Shown here: positions 9,336 to 19,455 of the stretch, piece by piece
Numbering within the stretch: the stretch's first letter is position 1
Layout: each line of letters begins with the position of its first letter
NCBI GenBank assembly: GCA_964529965.1
Contig: CAZHAD010000003.1
Location: forward strand, 16,660-80,659
From: an uncultured Leptospirales bacterium
Lineage (GTDB): Bacteria > Spirochaetota > UBA4802 > UBA5550
Direction: 5' to 3'
Length of the DNA stretch: 64,000 nt
Notes under the pieces: generated by a model
Seen by the model: only the letters and a program-made list of their open reading frames with translations
Database searches by the model: none
What the model was told of the DNA's origin: nothing
Position numbers and translations under genes: made by a program

Positions 9336-10595
9336 ATGGTCTTCAAGCACACACTGGACAACGGATTATCGCTCGTTCTCGAGCCGATCGACGGGGCCGT
9401 ATCGGTTTCCGTGGGGCTGTGGATTAAATCCGGCTCAAGGCATGAGCTCGACGGCCAGTTCGGATACGCCCATTTCATCGAGCACATGCTCTTCAAGGGC
9501 ACGAAGAATTACTCTGCCAGGGACATCGCCCGCATCGTCGACCGGGTGGGCGGGCAGCACAACGCCGCGACCAACAGGGAATACACCTGCTTCTATATCA
9601 ACGTCGTGTCCGACCATCTCGCGCTGGCGGTGCAGCTTCTCGCCGAGATGTACTACGATTCCCTGTTCGACCCGCTCGATCTAGAAAAGGAAAAAAACGT
9701 CGTCATGGAGGAGATCCGGATGTACGAGGACACTCCCGACGAGTTCATCCACGACCTGTTTATCGATAGCATGCTCAAAAACCATCCCCTGGGCCATTCG
9801 ATACTCGGCACCCACGCCAGCATCAGGCGCTCGACCCGCGACAGCCTGGTCGAATTTTACGAGCGCCAGTACGGGAACGACAACGCAATACTGGTGATCG
9901 CGGGAAAACTGGAAAAAAACCGCGCCGTGGATCTTTTCGTCGAATACTTTTCGCGGCGCAACGGCGCGGCGAAGCCCGGGCTTCAGGCGCCCGCCGTTCC
10001 CACGCGCATCGACTACCGCCATGTCGAGAAGAACCTGGAGCAGATCCATTTCTGCCTGGGCACCGAGGGGATCACCCGGGATGATGATGACCGCTGGGGG
10101 CTTTACATCCTGAGCACCGTCCTCGGCGGCAGCATGTCCTCACGTCTCTTTCAGAACATACGAGAAAAAGAGGGGATCAGCTACTCGATCTATTCGTTCC
10201 ACTCATCCTATTCCGACAACGGGATTTTCGGCATATACTGCGCCACGCTGCCGGAAAACTACGGCCGCGCCGTGGACCTCATCATTGAAGAGTGCAGGAA
10301 CATCCTGAGGTTCGGCATCACGGACGAGGAGCTGCAGGATGCGAAGGACTTCATGAAGGGAAATCTCGCTCTGAGCCTTGAGAGTGTCGAGGTGCGCATG
10401 GGCCAGCTTGCCAAGGACGAGATAACCTTCCAGAGGAGCTTCACCTTTGACGATATCGTCGACCTCATCAACGGAGTGACCCGCGACGATTTCAGCCGAA
10501 TATGCCGGAGGATCTTCGATAATAAGAAGCTGACCGTGGTGTCCGTCGGTAAATTCGGCCGCAGGAAGGTTCCCAAAAAAAGCATTGCGCTGTAA
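9336..10595 (+). CDS. M16 (pitrilysin/insulinase) family zinc peptidase
   Basis: HFIEH (HxxEH inverted zincin motif) near the N-terminus. 419 aa from the ATG at 9336. Confidence 0.85.
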   Translation: MVFKHTLDNGLSLVLEPIDGAVSVSVGLWIKSGSRHELDGQFGYAHFIEHMLFKGTKNYSARDIARIVDRVGGQHNAATNREYTCFYINVVSDHLALAVQLLAEMYYDSLFDPLDLEKEKNVVMEEIRMYEDTPDEFIHDLFIDSMLKNHPLGHSILGTHASIRRSTRDSLVEFYERQYGNDNAILVIAGKLEKNRAVDLFVEYFSRRNGAAKPGLQAPAVPTRIDYRHVEKNLEQIHFCLGTEGITRDDDDRWGLYILSTVLGGSMSSRLFQNIREKEGISYSIYSFHSSYSDNGIFGIYCATLPENYGRAVDLIIEECRNILRFGITDEELQDAKDFMKGNLALSLESVEVRMGQLAKDEITFQRSFTFDDIVDLINGVTRDDFSRICRRIFDNKKLTVVSVGKFGRRKVPKKSIAL

Positions 10596-10600
10596 TAATA

Positions 10601-10634
10601 TACCCACGCAGTCCCGGCGTGACGGGACGGGGTA
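10601..10634. repeat. REP-like conserved hairpin, copy 1 (probable terminator of the M16 peptidase gene)
   Basis: TACCCACGCAGTCCCGGCGTGACGGGACGGGGTA. Shares ACCC-GCAGTCCCG-loop-CGGGACGGGGT with the copies at 43148 and 59638. Confidence 0.7.
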
Positions 10635-10905
10635 TTTGCATAATGTTTTGCGATAAATTTTTCATTGATTAATTTTTTTTACTTTACTTTATATCGAGGT
10701 GCTCTATTAATTTTCAAGGTTCTCGTTAGAGGGATTGATAATTAGTGCGCCATAAGCAGCTTTCTGCTGCATTGAAACGTAAAAAAGAAGTAATAAGAGG
10801 AGATAAAGTGATCTTAAGAGATAAGGGAGTAATTATAAAATATTCGTCTCTACATCTCTAAATATCTCTTAATCCCCTTTTCTTACTCATAATTTCCCTG
10901 AATAC

Positions 10906-10926
10906 TTTATAATTTATAATTTATAA
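10906..10926. repeat. Three tandem copies of TTTATAA in the AT-rich bactofilin upstream region
   Basis: Read directly as TTTATAA TTTATAA TTTATAA. Lies within a roughly 360-nt AT-rich intergenic region. Confidence 0.6.
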
Positions 10927-10980
10927 AATATAAACTATTAGGGGAGAATTGCTTATAGCTAACAAGCGGAGCGTGTAACC

Positions 10981-11415
10981 ATGGCCTTGAAAAACGAGGG
11001 AATGAACAGCACCATAGGGGAAGGGTCGGTTTTTGAGGGAAAATTTTATATAAGCGGATCGCTTAAAATCGACGGTAAGTTCGAGGGCGAGATCAAGACG
11101 GACGAAGAGCTGATGGTCGGAGAATCGGGCAGGGTCAAGACAAACATAACAGCCAAATCAGTGGTCATCGCCGGCACGGTGATCGGAAACATCACCGCAC
11201 GCGGCGAGGTCAGGCTCCTTGAAACCGGCAAGGTGCTCGGCGACATCACCGCACCGATGATAACCCTCTCAAAGGGCGTAATCGTAAGCGGGAATATCAA
11301 CATAACCGGCGGAAACAAAAAAGACATCAAAAAAATCGTAGAGGAAGCCTATAACGGCACGGGCTCCCCAGCCGGCGCGGACACGACAGAAATCCGGACC
11401 ATCGCCTCGAGGTGA
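10981..11415 (+). CDS. Bactofilin (DUF583) cytoskeletal protein
   Basis: 144 aa with a repetitive beta-helical core, GSVFEGKFYISGSLKIDGKFEGEIKTDEELMVGESGRVKTNITAKSVVIAGTVIGNITARGEVRL. Confidence 0.85.
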   Translation: MALKNEGMNSTIGEGSVFEGKFYISGSLKIDGKFEGEIKTDEELMVGESGRVKTNITAKSVVIAGTVIGNITARGEVRLLETGKVLGDITAPMITLSKGVIVSGNINITGGNKKDIKKIVEEAYNGTGSPAGADTTEIRTIASR

Positions 11416-11546
11416 GGCCCTTTTTCAATTTAGCACGACAAGGCAATCAACATTCCGGCGCAAGCCGGGATATCGATAAACAATTAAACAAATTCGGCGG
11501 AACCGCCGACCAATTTATATAGATATTCGATATCCCTTTGTACGGC

Positions 11547-12665
11547 ATGAAGAAGATATTTTCAAAAACGTTCAAATTCAGCAGGTTTACGATCTCTCTG
11601 TTCACCGACGAGATCATGCTGGTATTCATCGGCGATAAAAAAATATATATCAAAAACATACGCCTGAAGCTGCCGTTTGCCGGCTCTTCCCGCCAGAGAC
11701 AGCCGAGAATAAAGATCGACCGGTATACGGTGCCTGGAGTGGTTTTACCGCGCCGTAGCCCGGTCCGCCCGCCAAAAAAAAGACGGGCCCTCGCACTGGC
11801 GATCGCCATATTTTCAATCGGCTATGTGTATTCCCTCCCCACATACAAACAGAAGAGCCCTGCTGCAACCGACGATGAAACAATCAAAAACGACCTGCTC
11901 CTTTCAAAGCAGACGGATTATTCGACTCCGGATAAGTACCAGAAGCTCGTCATACACGAGCATACGGTGGTAAGCGGCGAATATCTGGGGAAAATCGCAA
12001 AGCAATACGGGGTATCGGTTGAGACGATCTGCGGCACGAACAATATTCATCCTGACGGGATTCTGGACATTGGGAAAGTGCTCAAGATACCGAACAAGGA
12101 CGGCATTTTGTATACCATGCGCAAGGGAAACGACCTTGCCTCAATCGCAAAAAAATACAAGGTCTCCCTGAAAAAAATCATCGAGGAGAACGACCTTAAT
12201 AATCCCGACTTCATCGCAGCCAACACCATCCTGTTCATTCCTGACGCAAAACCGCTCAACCTGTTTTCGGGCTTCCTGTGGCCGTCCCCTCTCAGGTCCG
12301 TTACCTGCGGATACGGGTGGAGGAGAAACCCCTTTGACCCGGGCCACAGCGAATTTCACCCGGGCCTTGACATCAGATGCAACTATCACTGGATCAGGGC
12401 CTCTAAATACGGCAAAGTCACCTATACCGGCTGGCTGGGCGGATACGGAAAAACCGTGGTCCTCGCACACCCGGGTGGTTGGAAGACACTGTACGCGCAT
12501 CTCTCCCGCATTATCGTAAGGCCGGGCCAGTACGTCAAACAGGGACAGACGATCGCCAGAGGAGGCAACACGGGCCGTTCCACCGGGCCCCATCTCCACT
12601 TCGAGATATTGAGGAACGGCAAAAATATCAATCCCTATATTTATTTCAGAAGAAACCGGCATTAG
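11547..12665 (+). CDS. LysM-domain M23 family metallopeptidase
   Basis: Two LysM repeats (HTVVSGEYLGKIAKQYGVSVETI; YTMRKGNDLASIAKKYKVSLKKI). C-terminal M23 motifs HPGLDI and GPHLHFE. Start uncertain (ATG 11547 or TTG 11538). Confidence 0.85.
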   Translation: MKKIFSKTFKFSRFTISLFTDEIMLVFIGDKKIYIKNIRLKLPFAGSSRQRQPRIKIDRYTVPGVVLPRRSPVRPPKKRRALALAIAIFSIGYVYSLPTYKQKSPAATDDETIKNDLLLSKQTDYSTPDKYQKLVIHEHTVVSGEYLGKIAKQYGVSVETICGTNNIHPDGILDIGKVLKIPNKDGILYTMRKGNDLASIAKKYKVSLKKIIEENDLNNPDFIAANTILFIPDAKPLNLFSGFLWPSPLRSVTCGYGWRRNPFDPGHSEFHPGLDIRCNYHWIRASKYGKVTYTGWLGGYGKTVVLAHPGGWKTLYAHLSRIIVRPGQYVKQGQTIARGGNTGRSTGPHLHFEILRNGKNINPYIYFRRNRH

Positions 12666-12901
12666 CCGCGCGTTTAAAACAAATACCGGGCGGAAAGGTG
12701 AACCACCCCTTCCCTTCATTCAATGCAATAGCCGGCACCCGGCTTCAAAAAATGAATTGACTCATTTCAACTCCAACGTTCCTGTAACACATCACTCGAC
12801 TTAGGTAATGCCTTTGCTCCCTCCCCCTAAATGGGGGAGGAACAATCTCCTTAATCGAGGGTACCTAATAATCGCATCTGTCATTAATCGGAGCCATGCA
12901 C

Positions 12902-14980
12902 ATGCTTAAGGACGCCAACTTTTTGTGCGAGCTGGGCACAGAGGAAATACCGGCAGGCTACCTGCCGCCCGCGATTGATGCTGCGAAAAAGCTTTTGATC
13001 GACGACCTTGCGGAGCACAGGATAGATGTAGACGGCGTCGAGGTTTACGCGACGCCGCGGAGGATCGCGGTGATGGCGTCGGGCATGGCCACGGCCCAGA
13101 GGGAGGAGACCACGGAGATCAAGGGGCCGCCGATAAAGGCGGCGTACGGCAAAGACGGCTCGCCGACAAAAGCCCTGGAAGGTTTCCTCAATGGGAACGG
13201 AATCACGAGCGACGACCTGATCACCAGGGATACGGAAAAAGGCGCCTACCTTTTCGCCAGGAAAAAGCTCGGGGTGAAAAACACCGCAGATCTCCTGCCC
13301 GGCATCATCGGAGGCCTTATCGCCCGGATCCCTTTTCCAAAAAGGATGCGATGGGGCGACGGGGAGGTCACCTTCCCCAGGCCCATCAGGTATTTCCTCT
13401 TCCTGTTCAATGACCGGGTTATCCCCTTTTCGATCGAAGGGGTCGCATCTTCAAAAAAGACCAGGGGCCACTACATCCAGCACAACCGCATGGTCGAAGT
13501 GCCCTCGATACGGGAGTATGAAGGTATACTCAAGGAAAACGGAGTCATCGTAAGCCAGAGCGAAAGAAAGGAAGCCATCCGCCGCGGGCTTCAAGAAGCG
13601 GCGCGCGCGGCTTCCGGCGCCCTCCTCGAGGACGAGGAGCTCCTCGACACGGTGACGTACCTCGTCGAAAACCCGAGCGTGTGCGTATGCCGATTCGACC
13701 GCGGCTTCCTCAAGCTTCCCGAAATCATACTCATCGCGGAAATGCGCGAGCACCAGAAATACTTTTCGGTCATCGGCGGGGACGGCAGGCTGACGAACGG
13801 TTTCCTCGTCGTTTCCAACAACCCGCCCACCACCCATGTCGCGGCCGGAAACGAGAGGGTCATCGCCGCGCGTTTCAATGACGCGAGGTTCTTTTACGAC
13901 GAGGACCGGAAGGTAAAGCTCGCCGACCGGGTCGAGTCCCTCAAAAATGTCCTCTTCCACAAGGAGCTCGGCTCGATCCACGACAAGGTTTCGAGGATGC
14001 ATGACATCGCGGATTTCATAATCCGGCGCCTGGATCTGGACGACGCGGCCGGGGCAAAAATTCAGAGGGCGATATCCCTGTGCAAGGCAGATCTCGTCAC
14101 CTCCATAGTGTTCGAATTCCCCTCGCTGCAGGGCAGGATCGGCAGAATCTATGCGCTCGAGGACGGGGAGGACGCTGAGGTTGCCGACGCTATCGAGGAC
14201 CATTACAAGCCGCGCTTCAGCGGAGACCCGCTTCCCGTCTCCATGATCTCCATCGTCGTGTCACTCTCAGAAAAGACGGACAATATGTTCGGCTCCTTTT
14301 CGGTGGGGAATGTCCCGAAGGGTTCCGCCGACCCCTACGCCCTGCGCCGGCAGGCCAATGCGATCGTCGAGATTCTGATCAGGAACGATATCAATTTCGA
14401 TTTTAAAGAGCTCCTGGAAGCGGTCTCGAAAAATTACAAAAAAGGCGCCTCCATCGTGGAGCAAATACTCCAGTTCACCGCGGCGAGGGCCAAGACAATT
14501 TTTTCGGAAAGCGGCTTCTCCCATGATGAGATCGAGGCCTGCCTCTCGACCGGTTCGAGCGATTACCTGGAGCTTTTCAGGCGCGCCAAGAGCGTGCATG
14601 AGTTCCGAAAAAATGAAAATTTTTCCCGGATGCTTTTAAGCTTCAAGCGCATGAACAACATAGTGTCCGCGTTCAGGAAGGAGCACGGGGACCGCCGCCT
14701 CTCCTTCGATCCGGCCCTGCTCAAGCACGATGAGGAAAGGGAGCTGTATGATTTTTTTATGTCAAAAAGCGAAACGATCGGGGGGCTCATATCCTCAAGC
14801 AATTACCTCGAACTCTTCGAGCTCTTGATCGAGGCCAAGCCCGTCATAGACAGGTTTTTTGACAAGGTCCTGGTCATGGAAAAGGACACGAGGCTCCGAG
14901 ACAACAGGCTCTATGTCCTGGAGAGCATCCTGAAAAACTTTACAAGGCTCATGGATTTCTCGAGAATCGAGGACCGCTGA
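12902..14980 (+). CDS. glyS: Glycine--tRNA ligase beta subunit
   Basis: About 692 aa. N-terminus LKDANFLCELGTEEIPAGYLPPA and the rest are colinear with GlyS. The GGAG spacing favours ATG 12902 over 12896. Confidence 0.9.
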   Translation: MLKDANFLCELGTEEIPAGYLPPAIDAAKKLLIDDLAEHRIDVDGVEVYATPRRIAVMASGMATAQREETTEIKGPPIKAAYGKDGSPTKALEGFLNGNGITSDDLITRDTEKGAYLFARKKLGVKNTADLLPGIIGGLIARIPFPKRMRWGDGEVTFPRPIRYFLFLFNDRVIPFSIEGVASSKKTRGHYIQHNRMVEVPSIREYEGILKENGVIVSQSERKEAIRRGLQEAARAASGALLEDEELLDTVTYLVENPSVCVCRFDRGFLKLPEIILIAEMREHQKYFSVIGGDGRLTNGFLVVSNNPPTTHVAAGNERVIAARFNDARFFYDEDRKVKLADRVESLKNVLFHKELGSIHDKVSRMHDIADFIIRRLDLDDAAGAKIQRAISLCKADLVTSIVFEFPSLQGRIGRIYALEDGEDAEVADAIEDHYKPRFSGDPLPVSMISIVVSLSEKTDNMFGSFSVGNVPKGSADPYALRRQANAIVEILIRNDINFDFKELLEAVSKNYKKGASIVEQILQFTAARAKTIFSESGFSHDEIEACLSTGSSDYLELFRRAKSVHEFRKNENFSRMLLSFKRMNNIVSAFRKEHGDRRLSFDPALLKHDEERELYDFFMSKSETIGGLISSSNYLELFELLIEAKPVIDRFFDKVLVMEKDTRLRDNRLYVLESILKNFTRLMDFSRIEDR

Positions 14981-15005
14981 CCCGCCCGGTACGGCCGAAG
15001 CAATC

Positions 15006-15680
15006 ATGTTTTACTATTACGAAAATACAAGTCCCGGCTCCGGTATAAGAAAGTTCCTTTATGAAAAGATATATACCTATTGCTATTACCACCTTTTCTT
15101 CAAAAAAAAATTCTCGCATATCGGATCCGCGCCCACGGTCTGGGGCATCCGCAACATCGTCGTATTCGGGCCCAACATCAGCATCGGCGGCCACGTGGTG
15201 TTCATAGGAGGCGACGGCCACAAAACCAACCTTTCATCCATCCGGACCGGGACGCGTGAAGGCAGGATCGACATCGGCGACCACGTGCTCATCATGAACG
15301 GGGTGCGGATAAGCTCGGCCTCGTCCGTCACCATCGCCGATTCATGCATGCTGGCGAACAACTGCTACCTCAACGACTCAGACTGGCACGACATCCACGA
15401 CAGGTCGAGCATGCCCGGGGCGAGCGCTCCCATCGTGCTTGAGCGCGGGGCCTGGATCGGCGACTCGGCGATCGTGTGCAAGGGTGTCAGGATCGGGGAG
15501 AACTCGATCATCGGCGCGGGCTCGGTGGTCACCAGGAACGTGCCCGCCAACGTCATCGCCGCCGGCAATCCGGCAAGGGTGGTCAAGAGGCTCGACCCTA
15601 AAAAGATCGTCCTCCTGGGAGACTGGTACAAGGCCGAAGCAGTGAAGGGGCCAAACGCCGGCGGGGCTCTGAGGCAATGA
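15006..15680 (+). CDS. Hexapeptide-repeat (LbH) acetyltransferase
   Basis: Left-handed beta-helix repeats: IGDHVLIMNGVRI, GAWIGDSAIVCKGVRIGENSIIGAGSVV, AAGNPARVV. Confidence 0.8.
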   Translation: MFYYYENTSPGSGIRKFLYEKIYTYCYYHLFFKKKFSHIGSAPTVWGIRNIVVFGPNISIGGHVVFIGGDGHKTNLSSIRTGTREGRIDIGDHVLIMNGVRISSASSVTIADSCMLANNCYLNDSDWHDIHDRSSMPGASAPIVLERGAWIGDSAIVCKGVRIGENSIIGAGSVVTRNVPANVIAAGNPARVVKRLDPKKIVLLGDWYKAEAVKGPNAGGALRQ

Positions 15681-16900
15681 AGATATGCCTCCTGTCGTAC
15701 CGCGCCAACCCCTATTCCGGAGGGCAGGGGATATACCTCAAGTACGTGGCCGAGGAGATGGCGCGCCAGGGTCACCAGGTGCACGCGGTAACGGGACCGC
15801 CCCACCCGCTTCGCATGAAGGGGGTTACGCTTCACGCGCTGCCGAACAATTGCTACTACGGCCGCACGGGCGCGGACGTCATCGACGGACGCAACCCCTT
15901 CGGTATCTTTGCGCCGCTTGATTTCTACGAGTACTGCGCCACCAGGCTCGGCGCATTTCCCGAGATCAGCACCTTTTCCCTGCGCGCGTTTTATTTTCTA
16001 CGAGGGCTCCATGCATCGCATGGATTCGACGTCATTCACGACAACCAGTCCCTGAGCTACGGGCTCCTTTTGATGAAGCAGCTCGGCGTTCCGGTGATCG
16101 CCACCATCCATCATCCTCTCTCAATCGACCTTGCGAACACCCTCGAACGCGCCCCCTCGTTCAAAAAAAAGCTCAAGACCGTGATGTTCTATCCCACCAT
16201 GATGCAGGCCTTCGTGTCCAAACGGCTCGATCACGTGATCGCCGTGTCCCAAAGCGCTAAGGCGATGATACGCCGCGACTTCGGCGTGCCCTCATCCAGG
16301 GTGACCGTGGTCTACAACGGCATCGACCGGGAGATATTCCGTCCCCTTGCGCGCGTGCGGAAGAAGAGGGGAAAAATCATATTCGTGGGAAACATCGAGG
16401 ACGGGAAAAAGGGGTTCGTGTATCTCTTGAAGGCCCTCCCCCGCATCGACCGTTCGGCCCGGCTTACGGTGGTGGACGGAGGGGCCCCGCACCGGAATAT
16501 CACCGGCCGGCTCGTCGAAAGGCTCGGGCTCGGCGGCAGGGTCGAGTTCACCGGAAAGACCTCAACCGAGGAGCTCGTGCGCCATTACAGCGAGTCCGAG
16601 ATCGCGGTCGTCCCGTCGGTGTATGAAGGCTTCGGCCTGCCCGCGGCCGAGGCGATGTCGTGCGGGGTGCCGGTGATCGCAAGCGACGGCGGCGCGCTCC
16701 CGGAGGTGGTGGGGGACGCGGGCCTCGTGGTAAAGGCCAGGGACGAGGCGGCGATCGCCGCCTCGGTCAACGAGCTCCTCGCCGACCCGAAAAGGCTCGA
16801 TGAATTGGGGCGACGGGGAATCGAGCGGGTAGAGGAGCATTTTAACTGGAAAAAGGCGGTCGGGGAGATGATCCAAGTTTACAAAAGATTCGTGAAATGA
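15677..16900 (+). CDS. Glycosyltransferase family 4 (GT-B)
   Basis: C-terminal motif EGFGLPAAEAMSCGVPVIASDGG. ATGA start/stop overlap with the acetyltransferase. Confidence 0.85.
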   Translation: MKICLLSYRANPYSGGQGIYLKYVAEEMARQGHQVHAVTGPPHPLRMKGVTLHALPNNCYYGRTGADVIDGRNPFGIFAPLDFYEYCATRLGAFPEISTFSLRAFYFLRGLHASHGFDVIHDNQSLSYGLLLMKQLGVPVIATIHHPLSIDLANTLERAPSFKKKLKTVMFYPTMMQAFVSKRLDHVIAVSQSAKAMIRRDFGVPSSRVTVVYNGIDREIFRPLARVRKKRGKIIFVGNIEDGKKGFVYLLKALPRIDRSARLTVVDGGAPHRNITGRLVERLGLGGRVEFTGKTSTEELVRHYSESEIAVVPSVYEGFGLPAAEAMSCGVPVIASDGGALPEVVGDAGLVVKARDEAAIAASVNELLADPKRLDELGRRGIERVEEHFNWKKAVGEMIQVYKRFVK

Positions 16901-16905
16901 GGTTA

Positions 16906-18060
16906 TTATTCCCCCGCCTCGAGCACGATCTGCGCCACGTCCATGACCCTCAGCTGTTCCTCCAATCCCTCGTCCTTGACGGCGTCATCCAGCATTTTTT
17001 TACAAATCGGGCACGCCACCGCGATGACCTCCGCGCCGCGCTCACGCGCCTCCCTGATGCGCACTCTGCTCGAGCTCCCTTCTCCCGAACCGAGCATGTC
17101 GGTGAAATAATTCCCGCCGCCGCCCCCGCAGCAGAGCGCGCTGCTCCCGCTCCGGTCCATCTCGATGTAGTCGAGCCCGGGCACGGATTGAAGCACGTGC
17201 CTCGGCTCCAGGTACACGCCGTTCCACCTGCCCAGGTAGCATGGATCGTGATAGGTCACCCTATGTTTGAACGAGCCGCGCGGCGGCGTGCGGGTGATGA
17301 TCTCGTTTAAAAGCTGGGTGTAATGGGAGACCTCAAACGCCCCCCCCATCTGGGGATAGTCGTTTTTCATCGCATTAAAAGCATGGGGGGAAAGGGCGAC
17401 GATCCTGGTTACGCCCGATTGCTTGAATTGCTCAATATTGGCCGCGGCCAGGTGCTCGCTCAACGCCTGCTCGCCCAAGGCCTTCACGTCGTTTCCGTCG
17501 CTCGTCTCATGTTCGCCGAGAATACCGAAAGAAACGCCGGCGTTCCCCATCAGCGCGACGACGGCGCGAGTCATCTGTATCGCGGTTTCATCGAAGGAGC
17601 CCACGTCCCCCACGTACAAGAGATAATCGTGCTTATCATACAGCGGCACATCCAGGCCTTTCGCCCAGTCGCCCCGCTCGGACTGGGGTCTTTTAAAGGG
17701 ATTGCCCCTGTTGTATATTTCGGTCAGGTAGTTCCTGATCGAGGGAGGAAGCTTGCCCGTGTTTACGATCTCCTCCCTCGCCGCGATCATTATATCCACG
17801 AGGCGGTCTTTTATCCCCGGAATGCCGCACGCCTCCACGCAGTTTTTGCACGTGGCGCAGGAAAAAAGTATCTCCTTGAACCGGTTGCCCGCCTCCATCT
17901 CGCCGAGCAGCCACGCCCGCAGAAGCCAGAGTCTTCCTCCCGGCGAATAGGTCTCGAACCGGTATTTCAGGTACGACGGGCAGTTTATGTCCATAAAGTT
18001 CACCGGCAGCTTGCACCATCCGCACCTGAAGCACCTGTGCAACAGCTCTTCGTATTTCAT
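16906..18060 (-). CDS. (Fe-S)-binding protein with ferredoxin motifs and CCG domains (GlcF/HdrD-like)
   Basis: CFRCGWC...CPS and CATCKNCVEAC cluster motifs, with CCG-type motifs including CCGGGGG. The start is set at ATG 18060, which forms an ATGA overlap with the upstream stop. Confidence 0.8.
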   Translation of the reverse strand: MKYEELLHRCFRCGWCKLPVNFMDINCPSYLKYRFETYSPGGRLWLLRAWLLGEMEAGNRFKEILFSCATCKNCVEACGIPGIKDRLVDIMIAAREEIVNTGKLPPSIRNYLTEIYNRGNPFKRPQSERGDWAKGLDVPLYDKHDYLLYVGDVGSFDETAIQMTRAVVALMGNAGVSFGILGEHETSDGNDVKALGEQALSEHLAAANIEQFKQSGVTRIVALSPHAFNAMKNDYPQMGGAFEVSHYTQLLNEIITRTPPRGSFKHRVTYHDPCYLGRWNGVYLEPRHVLQSVPGLDYIEMDRSGSSALCCGGGGGNYFTDMLGSGEGSSSRVRIREARERGAEVIAVACPICKKMLDDAVKDEGLEEQLRVMDVAQIVLEAGE

Positions 18061-19436
18061 TCGGCCACCTCCCAATTCCCCGGATTCATAATGCCCCTGG
18101 GATCGATCACGGACCGGAGACGGTTCATCAGCTGAAACGTGTTCGGATCCATGTGCCTGATGATCTCCTTCTGCGCAGGCGCCTCGGCCTTCCACGGAAT
18201 GCCGCCCGCTTCCAGGACCATCCTGTTGGTTTCATGCAGCGCGTTCCGAGCCAGATCCACCTCCGCGTCGGCCGCCCTGTTGAAGGTATAGGTGTAGGAA
18301 AACATCATGCTGTGCCCGCCGATGATCCTCGCGGTCATGTAATTGTTGACGCTGAACTTTTGCGAGATGGCGACCCCGATGCCGTACGCCCTGGCAAAGA
18401 GACCGATCGGCATGATGGCACCCACGTATTCGAATCCGCCCCCCTTCTTTTCGTCGGCGATCTGGGTGGGCTGCGGATTGGGGGCCTTCAGCAGGTCGGT
18501 TTTGGCCGAGGGAGGCAGGGGCGCGAACCCGCCGGTTTTTTCATCGATGTATTTCCTCACCGAGGCGCGGATAAGGTTTCTCTTCCACGTGAGCTCCTCC
18601 TTCGTATCCGCCCCGTAATTGATCAGGACGATGGGGAACATCTGGGCCCTGCCGATGATATGGCTCGCGCTCACCGTGATGTCCTCGGCAAGCTGCGTGC
18701 CCGTCAGCCGGTATATGATATCGACGATGGCCTCAACGTCCCCGGTAATGAACACCCGCGCGTCATTGAAGGGATGGTCGGGGAAAAGCTTGATCGAAAG
18801 CTTTGTCACGATCCCCGTGGTTCCGGCCCAGCCGATGAAGAGTCCCGACAGGTCCGGCAGCGGCGCGCGGGAAAACCAGTAGGGGGACGCGGAGCATGAT
18901 CCGGTCTTCACGATCTCACCCGTGGGGAGCACGGCCTCCAGCCCGTTCAGCATCTCGGAGTGGAACCCGCCGATCTGCGAAAGGTGGCCCGAGCCGTGTA
19001 TGAGCACGTTTCCGCCTATAGTGGCGATCGGCGGCGCGTCGGGAAGCGAGTGCTTGAGCCCCGGATGGTGCCTTTTGAGATACGACTTGAGGATTCCCTG
19101 AGATAAGCCGGCCTCCACCAGCGCATACCGGCTCGCCGTGTTCACCTCAAGGACTTTGTTCATCCTTTTCATGTCGAGCACGATCCCGCCCTTGAGCGGC
19201 CTGGTCAGCCCGGAAAGGACAAGCCCTCCGCCCATGGGCACGACCGGCACCTTCTCCCTGTTGGCGAGGAGCACGATCTTTTGCACCTCTTCCGCGTTGC
19301 CGGGCATCGCCACGTAATCCGGAAAAGCGGGAAGCATGGTCCCCATGTCGCGGGAATAGATGAAAAGCTCCTCCGGCTCGGCTGATACGAATTTGGTGCC
19401 TACGATCTCCTTAAGCTCGTTGACTATTTTTTCCAT
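18057..19436 (-). CDS. FAD-binding oxidoreductase (GlcD / D-lactate dehydrogenase-like)
   Basis: PCMH-type FAD-binding N-terminus (KVPVVPMGGGLVLSG) plus a FAD-oxidase C-terminal region. ATG 19436 gives MEKIVNELKEIVGTKFVS. Confidence 0.8.
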   Translation of the reverse strand: MEKIVNELKEIVGTKFVSAEPEELFIYSRDMGTMLPAFPDYVAMPGNAEEVQKIVLLANREKVPVVPMGGGLVLSGLTRPLKGGIVLDMKRMNKVLEVNTASRYALVEAGLSQGILKSYLKRHHPGLKHSLPDAPPIATIGGNVLIHGSGHLSQIGGFHSEMLNGLEAVLPTGEIVKTGSCSASPYWFSRAPLPDLSGLFIGWAGTTGIVTKLSIKLFPDHPFNDARVFITGDVEAIVDIIYRLTGTQLAEDITVSASHIIGRAQMFPIVLINYGADTKEELTWKRNLIRASVRKYIDEKTGGFAPLPPSAKTDLLKAPNPQPTQIADEKKGGGFEYVGAIMPIGLFARAYGIGVAISQKFSVNNYMTARIIGGHSMMFSYTYTFNRAADAEVDLARNALHETNRMVLEAGGIPWKAEAPAQKEIIRHMDPNTFQLMNRLRSVIDPRGIMNPGNWEVAE

Positions 19437-19455
19437 AACACTACCCCCCGCGGAC

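Noticed and set aside
10620-10980. The AT-rich region with (TTTATAA)x3 considered as a CRISPR leader, array or other repeat locus.
   Set aside because: The repeats are 7 bp, contiguous and number only three, with no spacers. This is most simply an A/T-tract promoter or curved-DNA region for the bactofilin gene.
12666-12901. glyS has no glyQ (alpha subunit) immediately upstream.
   Set aside because: glyQ can be encoded elsewhere. Absence from one window is not evidence of anything unusual.
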